A stretch of 64,000 nucleotides of DNA from a virus. The stretch lies in IMG/VR virus record IMGVR_UViG_3300045988_129623; one strand, given 5' to 3'. Position numbers and translations under genes: made by a program. The stretch's first letter is position 1. Every line of letters begins with the position of its first letter. Positions 56,090 through 64,000 of this stretch are shown here, one piece after another. Below the pieces are notes generated by a model. The model was not told where the DNA came from. It did not search any database and worked only from the letters and a program-made list of their open reading frames with translations.

Positions 56090-56210
56090 GATTGTAAGGT
56101 GGAATATAGGTGTGTTTATTTCCTATAGAAGAGAAGTATTTTCAGAAAAGACAGAAACAAAAAAAAGGTAGTGTTTTTTTATTCTTTTAAAACACTACCT
56201 ATAAATAAAC

Positions 56211-57095
56211 TCAAGAAAATTTGCCATATTTTAAAAATACATTTTTAAGTTTTCCTTTTATGCCATTGAGGGTCACTTCATATCCGGATCCTGTCATGTA
56301 GATGGTTTGTTGATTAACCCTTTCACCGGAATATTTGTCAACAAAATAAGACCTATACACACCATATCCTTTAGCCACTACATTACTGTACAACTCCCAT
56401 TTTCCAAGACCGTTTCTAAACATAAACTTAGCTTCTTCAAGAAATGAACGAAGATTCTTTTCGGCTATGATAACACCATTCTGTTCTAACTTTTTGGCAA
56501 TATCACGAATCAACCACATATTGTTATGGTCTACTTTCCTAAAAGACTCGGCAAATTCTACATCAGGCTTATGCTCTTCTATTGTTTTCAAGGCTTGTTG
56601 CTTCTCTGCCTCTGCCTGCGACTTTTCAGCTATAGCTCTCTGAGCAGCTTCATACTGATCAGCCCATGCCCTTGCCGCATCTGCTGGATTAGAAAAGTCA
56701 GGAACCAAAATTCCCTTGCCGCCTGAACTTGTTTTATATTCTCCTGTTTTACGAATAGAAGGAAGAACCTCAGATGTTATCCATCGTTTAAATCTCTTAG
56801 CAGGTTCTAATTTTGAAGATAATATAAGAGAATATAAACCAGATTCATTAATGATTCTTATATTATCTATGTATCTGGTTTTCAATAGGGATTGATTCAC
56901 GCCCCATTGATTATCAGATACTTGCAAAAGTATGGAATCATCATCATCTACATGTCTTTTTACCGCATCTTTAGCATTTATATATCCAAGAGATTTAGCC
57001 ACGTCTGACGCCACGAACCATACATCACCTTTTGGATCTACAATAATTCTAAGCTCTCCAAAATCCGAACTTTCAAAAACAGAAACTTTATCCAT
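56211..57095 (-). CDS. BRO-N / KilA-C (phage antirepressor-like) protein
   Basis: N-terminal FESSDFGELRIIVDPKGDVWFVASDVAKSLGY...KRFKRWITSEVLPSIRKTG (BRO-N); C-terminal antirepressor/KilAC-like region. Confidence 0.8.
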   Translation of the reverse strand: MDKVSVFESSDFGELRIIVDPKGDVWFVASDVAKSLGYINAKDAVKRHVDDDDSILLQVSDNQWGVNQSLLKTRYIDNIRIINESGLYSLILSSKLEPAKRFKRWITSEVLPSIRKTGEYKTSSGGKGILVPDFSNPADAARAWADQYEAAQRAIAEKSQAEAEKQQALKTIEEHKPDVEFAESFRKVDHNNMWLIRDIAKKLEQNGVIIAEKNLRSFLEEAKFMFRNGLGKWELYSNVVAKGYGVYRSYFVDKYSGERVNQQTIYMTGSGYEVTLNGIKGKLKNVFLKYGKFS

Positions 57096-57374
57096 GATAA
57101 AAAAAATAGGCCCAAAAGAGAATGTCAGATCCCACTATGACAAACCCTAATGAGCCAAAAATATCTTTCAACATCAAACAACCAGAGGTGGGATCTCGTT
57201 GTTCATTGTTTCTGGAGCAAAGATAGGAACAGGATTTTAAATAGCAAATATTTTAATACCTTTTAAATCAAACCAGGGCCCGCATCACTGCGAGCCCTGA
57301 TCTCTAAACTAATACCATGAAAAACTTAAACCCAAAAACTAAAGAACAAACAAATGTATGAAAATGTATGCTTT

Positions 57375-57572
57375 TCACAAAGAATCTGTATCCTGTTCTT
57401 TTGTGTGATTCAAGACATGGGATATAGTTCTGATACTTAATCCGGTTTGATTTTGTATCAGATTATAAATATAGGATTTTGAAACTACAGTTCTTAATTG
57501 ACCTAAATCATTCATAATGTTTTTATACATAAGATGAATGCTGTTGTTACGTTTGATGGTACTGATTCTCAT
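57375..57572 (-). CDS. small putative helix-turn-helix DNA-binding protein (65 aa)
   Basis: YIYNLIQNQTGLSIRTISHVLNH is HTH-like. It is followed on the - strand by a hairpin (57275-57298) with a downstream T-containing tract. Confidence 0.4.
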   Translation of the reverse strand: MRISTIKRNNSIHLMYKNIMNDLGQLRTVVSKSYIYNLIQNQTGLSIRTISHVLNHTKEQDTDSL

Positions 57573-57797
57573 TTCCTACTGTTATTAGTTACGTTCGGTT
57601 CTTACTTTTTCCTTATTCCCATAATCCCTTCCTGAAACTAATATCGCAAACTTAACAAAAATAATCCATAAACAATGAAAATATAACTTTTCTTGTATGT
57701 TATTGATATACGTACATATATGAGAAAAGTGAGACTTTCACAAGCCTCACTTTCCAAATCGTAATTATGAAAAAACTATATTATATGTATACAAAAA

Positions 57798-60053
57798 TTA
57801 CCTGCATTCCAATTTATTAAGATCATCCAATTCAGACTTGCTTACGGTCATATCTTGCGTCAAGCCAGATCTGTTTTGGTATGGAGCGTAATCGGTTTCT
57901 ACCGTCTTAGCCTTCTGAGTAGAATCGTATTTCACCTCCGATTCGGTTCCTGTTAGATTTTGGTAGATAGAGCCGGAACTACTTTCGCCAACTTTAGTGA
58001 ACACCATGTCTCCTATTCTGATAAAATTATCATACAAACCTTCTACGATAACATTATCATCCTGCTTAGTTATGTTATGATCCCGAACCTCATTTAAGAG
58101 ATTAGGATGTTTCGTAAAAAGATCGTGATAGAAATCAGAACCGGCATATAACATATCATAATAATCCAAATAGAACAGATCTGTAAAAGAAGGATCGGTG
58201 CTGCTCATGCTATACTCAAATAACTGCTCACGATCATTACCTGCCAAAGATAGTTCAATTTGTTTTAACGTATCCGGATCTGAAACGGTAAGACCCAGTA
58301 AATGATCTGGTTTAAAGTCAAGATACTTGTATGCCCCTTCGTACACTTCCGTATTATGAAGCTTATTTTCAAGATAAGATTGGTATAAATCGAATAAGAG
58401 TAAAGGATTCTCTTTGTCCTGCTTTCTGTTTATGTATCGGCTAAACTCCCGTTCTTCATTAACATACGGGCTTCCAGGAACAACAAGATGACCGAACGCC
58501 AATCTGGTAGCATTCATCTCTTCCGTATTCTGAGAATCGGTATAAGACAGGACGTATTTTTTAATAGAATCAGCAAGGGCCTTACTATCTACGTTTTTCA
58601 CGCGGAGCTTATCTAAAACACCATCCTTAAAACAATATTCAGGATAGATACCAGGTGGGAAATAAGTTAGACTCCGCTTGGCAAGCTCGGCAGCTATATC
58701 GTACAAATCACCTAAATTATCTCTTTCTACCTTATGATATAGGTTTCCACCAAGATAAAGCAGAGAATGATTTTCAAATGCCGATACCGGATCTATGTCA
58801 GATTCCATATAAACGATATTCATATTATCCATATACTCTGGCAGAAACATAACACGGCGATCCTGGCTATCTCCAAGAACGTCATCGATAGCAGAAGCTA
58901 AGGTAGGAGCATAAGTATCATCGTTGCGCCTTGCTACATAAATATCAAGATCCAGCATCAAGCTATCAATTTTATTCAGCGATTCTTCTGTTCCGTCATA
59001 TGCCTTAGACACGCCTACGATATCTATACCAAGACCTACACAAGCCTCTTCTACATCCCATATCATACTTCTAAGGTCTTCTTCTGTATCAGCATTAACC
59101 CTGTTTAGAAAGGCTGATATACGAGCTCGTAATGACTCAGATCCAATAGGGCTGTAATAAGCATAATCTTGCAACTTTGATAATGACCGTCTCTTCCCTT
59201 CTACGATATTATTATCTTCTAAAGCCACAACCGGAACGATGTTCATATTCGAAAATTCGTTGAACAGCGACAAGGCAAAACTCTTATCCGACTGATATCT
59301 TTCAACTAACTCCGGATATGAATCAGATAAAGATTCGAAAGCAGCATCAAACTCTGAAGCAACACTAATACCTCCTACTGTATTTTTTATAACCTCGTAA
59401 ACTTCAGCCGGATTATATGATGCTCTCTTTCCTAATTTATTGAAGACACCATTTTTATACACAACAGGACCGTATGGTTTTTCTACGGTTGTGAAGTAAG
59501 ACTCTTTCCCGAGATCGTGTTCGTTATTGGAATAATCTAATAATAACCTCATAAAAGAGCTGACCTCATTAAGTACAGAAGGATTATCTAATATCCTACT
59601 TATCTCTGTCTCATTGTACAAGCCGGATCTCCTTAGATTTTCTTCATTTAGGATAAGATTACCATCCACATAAAAAGAGCTTCTAACTCTATTAATAAGA
59701 GATCGTATGCTATATATGGAATTGGATATCATAACATCTCTTACATCCTTAACATCCTGAGCCGTTAAGGGATCGGAAAAATAAGCCTGACGCTTCATAT
59801 ACGACAGCACATCTTCTAAAAGAGGTTCGCCATTAGGATCGGTATTAAACATCTCCCCTGGAGCCGGGTTATTCCAATGACCGTAATACGACAAAAAACC
59901 AGGAGTGTAAGCCTTAGCCCATACCTGAAGAGCCCGCTCGCTGTTTCCTAATACTTTTAAAGCACTTTCGTAAAGAACGGAAGGCTCACCGTTAGGAGCC
60001 TCAACCCGTTCTATTTTATTTTCCTTCTTTTCTATCTGACATTTGACACCCAT
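57798..60053 (-). CDS. large virion-associated protein (751 aa) of unknown function
   Basis: Uninterrupted ORF in the late block. Confidence 0.9.
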   Translation of the reverse strand: MGVKCQIEKKENKIERVEAPNGEPSVLYESALKVLGNSERALQVWAKAYTPGFLSYYGHWNNPAPGEMFNTDPNGEPLLEDVLSYMKRQAYFSDPLTAQDVKDVRDVMISNSIYSIRSLINRVRSSFYVDGNLILNEENLRRSGLYNETEISRILDNPSVLNEVSSFMRLLLDYSNNEHDLGKESYFTTVEKPYGPVVYKNGVFNKLGKRASYNPAEVYEVIKNTVGGISVASEFDAAFESLSDSYPELVERYQSDKSFALSLFNEFSNMNIVPVVALEDNNIVEGKRRSLSKLQDYAYYSPIGSESLRARISAFLNRVNADTEEDLRSMIWDVEEACVGLGIDIVGVSKAYDGTEESLNKIDSLMLDLDIYVARRNDDTYAPTLASAIDDVLGDSQDRRVMFLPEYMDNMNIVYMESDIDPVSAFENHSLLYLGGNLYHKVERDNLGDLYDIAAELAKRSLTYFPPGIYPEYCFKDGVLDKLRVKNVDSKALADSIKKYVLSYTDSQNTEEMNATRLAFGHLVVPGSPYVNEEREFSRYINRKQDKENPLLLFDLYQSYLENKLHNTEVYEGAYKYLDFKPDHLLGLTVSDPDTLKQIELSLAGNDREQLFEYSMSSTDPSFTDLFYLDYYDMLYAGSDFYHDLFTKHPNLLNEVRDHNITKQDDNVIVEGLYDNFIRIGDMVFTKVGESSSGSIYQNLTGTESEVKYDSTQKAKTVETDYAPYQNRSGLTQDMTVSKSELDDLNKLECR

Positions 60054-60079
60054 AATAATTAACTTTTTTGCAAAGTTAA

Positions 60080-60610
60080 TTATAAAACTGATTTATACAA
60101 TGACGGATCCCAAACTCCTTCTATATAAATCTCCGGAAAACTCAAACTGCCATCACGAAGAGTGGTGACTTCCAAGCTGGGAATGTTGAAAACAGTACTG
60201 GTACTACCAAACTCACCATTCAACTTGATAGCATTTCCGCTGTTATTAACCTCATAATAAAAATAACAATAATTTTCATTAATGCTTGGATCATATTCGT
60301 ACCAATATGTTAGATCTTGTATATGGTCTTCTATATTACCAATTTTGTTTTCACCTAATATAAAAATACCATTATTGCTATGATGATAAACCATAGATTC
60401 ATAACCACCATAATTCCAATCACTATTAAACATTATGTAACTAACATCGGAACCATGATCTTTTAATACAAGCCCTATATGTATATGAATTTTATTAAAC
60501 TGACATACATAAGGTCTTTTTCCTCCAAGCCTTTTTATATCTTCATTAGATAACTTATTATAACATCCTCCCACGAAATTATCCGCAGCATTAAAAAATC
60601 TCCTTCTCAT
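60080..60610 (-). CDS. hypothetical protein of the MRRRF family (about 176 aa from the ATG at 60610), Tyr/Asn/Gly-rich
   Basis: Starts MRRRFFNAADNF. It is homologous to the 42901-43519 and 42564-42896 products. Confidence 0.8.
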   Translation of the reverse strand: MRRRFFNAADNFVGGCYNKLSNEDIKRLGGKRPYVCQFNKIHIHIGLVLKDHGSDVSYIMFNSDWNYGGYESMVYHHSNNGIFILGENKIGNIEDHIQDLTYWYEYDPSINENYCYFYYEVNNSGNAIKLNGEFGSTSTVFNIPSLEVTTLRDGSLSFPEIYIEGVWDPSLYKSVL

Positions 60611-60612
60611 AC

Positions 60613-63600
60613 TCAACACTCTTTATTTAACTCATTTATCGAATCCGAATTATCAGAACCTTCTACGAGATTCTTATTCCTATCTATCTCTTCCTGACTC
60701 ATGTTACTCATCATATTTTGTATTTTTCTACCAGATTGAGATAAAGAGCGGATGAATGCACTGGAACTTATCTTAACTCCAAGATCCGGTTTTGCCCTAA
60801 ACGCTTCACCGGTACTGATATTATACAAATCATACACACCTGAGTTCATATAAAATTTATATATCCAGTTTCCACCAGCTTTTTTGTACCCTAATTTGGT
60901 TAACTCGACTACACTCATACCAAATTTAATGCCATTACGACCCATTATCTTCTCCGGTATAGGTTCTACCTTAGCCGGAACAGATGTATATGCTTCATCA
61001 CCGCCGTACAGGAAATAAGGGGTTGTCACCCTTGATATGTGAGTAAGCGGTTCTTCGGATATACGAGGCTCGTCTTTCGCAGCCTTATATTCTTCCCTTG
61101 GATTGGATATCCTAATAAAAGGATCGTATGTCAAAAAGGTTAAGCCGTATTCTACTTTATAACCTGATACGCCGTTAAGATCCCTTATAGCCTTAGTCGT
61201 ATGCGAGTGATTGATGGTGTCTATACCATACCTTGATTCCATATCGGTCATAATACTATTAACCTCATCTCCCTCTACATAAACCTCTTCTCCTTCCGGG
61301 ATAGAGGTTATGCCGGCAGCCCTTCTAAGTAGCCATAAAGTGACTTCAGCAATGTCAGAGAACTTATCTCCGTTCTTCCTATAGTTATCTACTCTTCCTT
61401 CTTCATATCCAGGTAATTCAATATTTCCTTTAACTTCGACATTTGTTCTGGATTGTCCTTTGCCTTCTCCATCTCCCTTTTTATCGCCATCTTCCTCAGT
61501 GCGTACTGCACCGCCTTCTGCACTTCCTTCTTTTCCATCATTTAAAATATTATCTGATTCTGACTCTATAGACTCCACGACAGCATCATACTCTGGTATG
61601 CCGCTAAGGAAATCTGCTACGTTATTCAAAAACTCTATTTTTTCCTCGTTTGTCATATCAAGGCTTTCCACGGGCTCCCATATGGCAGGCAAGTTGTTTG
61701 ATTTTATTGCAGTAGAAACATCTTCTATAGTTTGGTTGTCCACCGTAGGCAAAACTTTAGAAACCAAACTATTGATATCAGATTCCATTTTTTCTACTTC
61801 CTCTTTTGTGCCATATTCTTTTAGGGTATCCATGCCATTGACTCTAAGAGAATAATTCAAAGCCTTGCTTGGAACAAAATTAATATATTTCAAAAAGTTT
61901 TTCAACTCTGATATAATTTGTTCGTCAGATCTTGGCCCAACATAATCAACCACCACCTGATCTGTTTGAGAACGAAGCCAAGAAACGTATTCTTCTAAGG
62001 TCTTACCACCTTTACTGGAAGGAGTGGATATTTTATCACCTACTGTTCCTTTAGGTTCTAATCCCATTTCTTCCTTAAGGCTTTTAGGATTACCTCTCTC
62101 ACGAAGAAACCTCAAATCACCTCCTACAATCTTCCTTGCTATAAAATCAAAAATATTAGCATAAGACGGCAATCCTTCTTTTTCTATATGAGATTCTATT
62201 TCGTTTAACATAAGAGAGAAGTTTTTCCTGGAGGTACGCTTCTTGCCAGGTAAAGACTGCGTAGCTTGTGCCGCAGGAGCCGGCTGAGCTAATGGCGCCG
62301 GCTGAGTCTCCCGGGCAGCCCCTTCCTCTGGCATTTCCTCTTCATAAACTTCCACATCTTCTACCTTAGAAGTAACGGTCTTACCCTCATCAGAGAAAGG
62401 AAGATCATCCTCTATAAGCGATTTAGGTCTGGAAGATGATTTGCCAAACTGAATCCTGATCTTAGGAGCGACAAACATCTCACCTTCGAAATCTATTCCA
62501 GATTCTACTTCAGACGTCACAATGTCTTTCACATTCCTGCTTTCATCTTCTACCCACTTAACAACATCAGGAACCGTAGATAATTTTTCTATAGCCTCAC
62601 GAGCTTTTCTAAGCCCTGAAATAGGATTCAAATACGATACTTGATACGAAGCCGGATCAAGACCTAACTTGGTTAGATACGCATTAAGATCTTGTATGTC
62701 ATCTTGACCCATCTGTAGCAATTCAGAATCACCAGATTCAAGCAGCATATCTATAAAAGACATCCATTTCTGCCCTTCCTCTGATTCTACAGAACGTAGG
62801 CTAACTGGGAAAAGATAATTAAGACCGTTTTTACCTTTGATGACGACTACCGGAACTCTTACATTTTTGTAATTATTCCCCTTGTCATTTAATATAGAAT
62901 AAGCAAATGGGAAGCCTGTGTATTTAGATCCGTTCTTAAGCACGACTTTGCCATTTAATACATATCCAACATCAGATACTTTTTCAGCACCTTTTTCGGT
63001 AATAGGGAGATTTTCTATCTGGCCATATCCTTGACCGTTCACCTTCATGTTAAACACCGGTCTTCCGGGAAGGGTCTGGGCAACAACATGCGTGCCGACG
63101 CCGATGGTAGCCGACCGGCCGGCGTCCTTCTTCCACTTGTTAAAAGCCGTTCTTCTTATTTTACTTATACCATCTATGCCTCCTGTATCAGCTTTTACAA
63201 CAGAAACGAATCTGTTCCCACTCATGACCTTGATAACCATATTGGACACCAGTTTATTCTCAGCAGATTCTATTCTTTTTTTATCGCCGGACTGAACAGC
63301 ATCATTGTATTCGGCAAAAAGAGACTGATTATAAGTATCATTTACATCTATTTCGAGATTAACCTTATCTCCTTTTTTCAAAGAAGATAATGCTTCCTGA
63401 TCTATTTTATCTACCTCATTCTCTCCGAATCCGACACCCGTTCTGTACGGAACCAATTCATCTGAATCAAGACGCTTATAAACCAAAGAATAGGAATTAC
63501 CCACGTCCTGAATAGACACGTCTGTGTAACGGTTAAGAACACGAGCCGATTCTTTGTCTATAGACCATCTCGCATGATAAGGCAGTTCAATTATAGTAGC

Positions 63601-64000
63601 CGTTTCTCCACCTATGTTAAGAGAATACCTTTTAGTACCATTAGCGTTCGTTTCAGAGCTTATTTGAATAGGAACCAATGATTTTATAGAAGATATAAAT
63701 TTATCGGCTCTAAGACCCGCAATTTCATACCTTTCGTTGCCATCGTTGGATATTCTTCTAACCATCAACGTCTCTGGATTTTGGGCACTATCTATGTTAG
63801 CTCCAGGCGTATTATCGGATTCATCTAACTCATTTACAAGAGAATCTATATTGGTATCATCCTCCCCAAAATTACTTAACGTAGATTCGGAAATACGACC
63901 TTTATCAATAATCCTGTTTTGTTCGATATAAGGAAGGAGATCTGTGATGTTTCCAACCTGGCCAAGATCTTCTATGGTAAATACAGAATCGGCAAGCTTA
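60613..64000 (-). CDS. large virion-associated protein, 5'-truncated by the window edge. The frame is open from 64000 through the annotated TTG/ATG near 63765, so it is 1128 aa or more
   Basis: Hand translation of the - strand 63769-64000 shows no stop in the frame of the 1051-aa ORF. Confidence 0.85.
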   Translation of the reverse strand, partial: KLADSVFTIEDLGQVGNITDLLPYIEQNRIIDKGRISESTLSNFGEDDTNIDSLVNELDESDNTPGANIDSAQNPETLMVRRISNDGNERYEIAGLRADKFISSIKSLVPIQISSETNANGTKRYSLNIGGETATIIELPYHARWSIDKESARVLNRYTDVSIQDVGNSYSLVYKRLDSDELVPYRTGVGFGENEVDKIDQEALSSLKKGDKVNLEIDVNDTYNQSLFAEYNDAVQSGDKKRIESAENKLVSNMVIKVMSGNRFVSVVKADTGGIDGISKIRRTAFNKWKKDAGRSATIGVGTHVVAQTLPGRPVFNMKVNGQGYGQIENLPITEKGAEKVSDVGYVLNGKVVLKNGSKYTGFPFAYSILNDKGNNYKNVRVPVVVIKGKNGLNYLFPVSLRSVESEEGQKWMSFIDMLLESGDSELLQMGQDDIQDLNAYLTKLGLDPASYQVSYLNPISGLRKAREAIEKLSTVPDVVKWVEDESRNVKDIVTSEVESGIDFEGEMFVAPKIRIQFGKSSSRPKSLIEDDLPFSDEGKTVTSKVEDVEVYEEEMPEEGAARETQPAPLAQPAPAAQATQSLPGKKRTSRKNFSLMLNEIESHIEKEGLPSYANIFDFIARKIVGGDLRFLRERGNPKSLKEEMGLEPKGTVGDKISTPSSKGGKTLEEYVSWLRSQTDQVVVDYVGPRSDEQIISELKNFLKYINFVPSKALNYSLRVNGMDTLKEYGTKEEVEKMESDINSLVSKVLPTVDNQTIEDVSTAIKSNNLPAIWEPVESLDMTNEEKIEFLNNVADFLSGIPEYDAVVESIESESDNILNDGKEGSAEGGAVRTEEDGDKKGDGEGKGQSRTNVEVKGNIELPGYEEGRVDNYRKNGDKFSDIAEVTLWLLRRAAGITSIPEGEEVYVEGDEVNSIMTDMESRYGIDTINHSHTTKAIRDLNGVSGYKVEYGLTFLTYDPFIRISNPREEYKAAKDEPRISEEPLTHISRVTTPYFLYGGDEAYTSVPAKVEPIPEKIMGRNGIKFGMSVVELTKLGYKKAGGNWIYKFYMNSGVYDLYNISTGEAFRAKPDLGVKISSSAFIRSLSQSGRKIQNMMSNMSQEEIDRNKNLVEGSDNSDSINELNKEC

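Noticed and set aside
42564-60610. The MRRRF N-terminus as a Tat (twin-arginine) signal peptide.
   Set aside because: RRxF resembles the Tat motif. No hydrophobic h-region of 12 or more residues or AxA cleavage site follows in any of the three proteins.
43734-63768. The crAss-like virion RNA polymerase (DxDGD metal-binding motif) among the 2140-aa, 751-aa and 1051-aa proteins.
   Set aside because: Each protein sequence was scanned for D-x-D-G-D or related DPBB motifs. None was found. The proteins are left as large virion-associated proteins of unknown function.

Overview
The window is an AT-rich (about 35% GC) tailed-phage genome segment. Promoter-like motifs and gene content suggest a Bacteroidota-infecting virulent phage. 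The compact, translationally coupled gene arrangement was read directly from the sequence. Positions 1-42091 hold a dense block of about 85 mostly small + strand genes with many ATGA stop/start overlaps. This block is early/middle genes plus a replication/nucleotide-metabolism module. Recognisable products in it are two PD-(D/E)XK nucleases, a zinc-finger/Toprim-like primase, a DnaB-like helicase, an XPB/UvsW-like SF2 helicase, a dNTP pyrophosphohydrolase-like protein, a T1-type Dam methyltransferase and a Dcm-like C5 methyltransferase. A convergent switch at 42092-42563 leads into a - strand block (42564-64000) of large virion/late genes: 2140 aa, 751 aa, and more than 1051 aa (running off the window end). 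That block also contains a BRO-N/KilAC antirepressor-like gene and a GC-shifted island of unusual proteins. The most notable item is an apparently intact IscB (PLMP, split RuvC, bridge helix, HNH) at 26443-27702. It has a 285-nt structured non-coding leader at 26158-26442 that fits an omega-RNA, so it looks like a phage-borne OMEGA RNA-guided nuclease. It sits between replication genes and has no TnpA or obvious right end. Other notable observations are listed here.
- An acyl-carrier-protein / NfeD / flotillin (SPFH) three-gene membrane module lies at 30391-32858.
- Two genes are interrupted only by in-frame TAG codons: the Dam methyltransferase (two TAGs) and the ORF at 19990-20700 (one TAG). 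This suggests possible amber read-through, but the tRNA-like element at 354-448 has no CUA anticodon loop and no such decoder was identified.
- The C5 methyltransferase is frameshifted next to an A-run.
- A paralogous late-gene family shares an MRRRF N-terminus.
- Short GC-rich islands (55-65% GC) recur, mostly at gene 3' ends.
- A two-gene ABC-type ATPase module lies at 16008-17662.
- A 685-bp non-coding region contains CGGGAA repeats.
No terminase, portal or major capsid gene was recognised. No crAss-type virion RNAP DxDGD motif, CRISPR array or reverse transcriptase was found.
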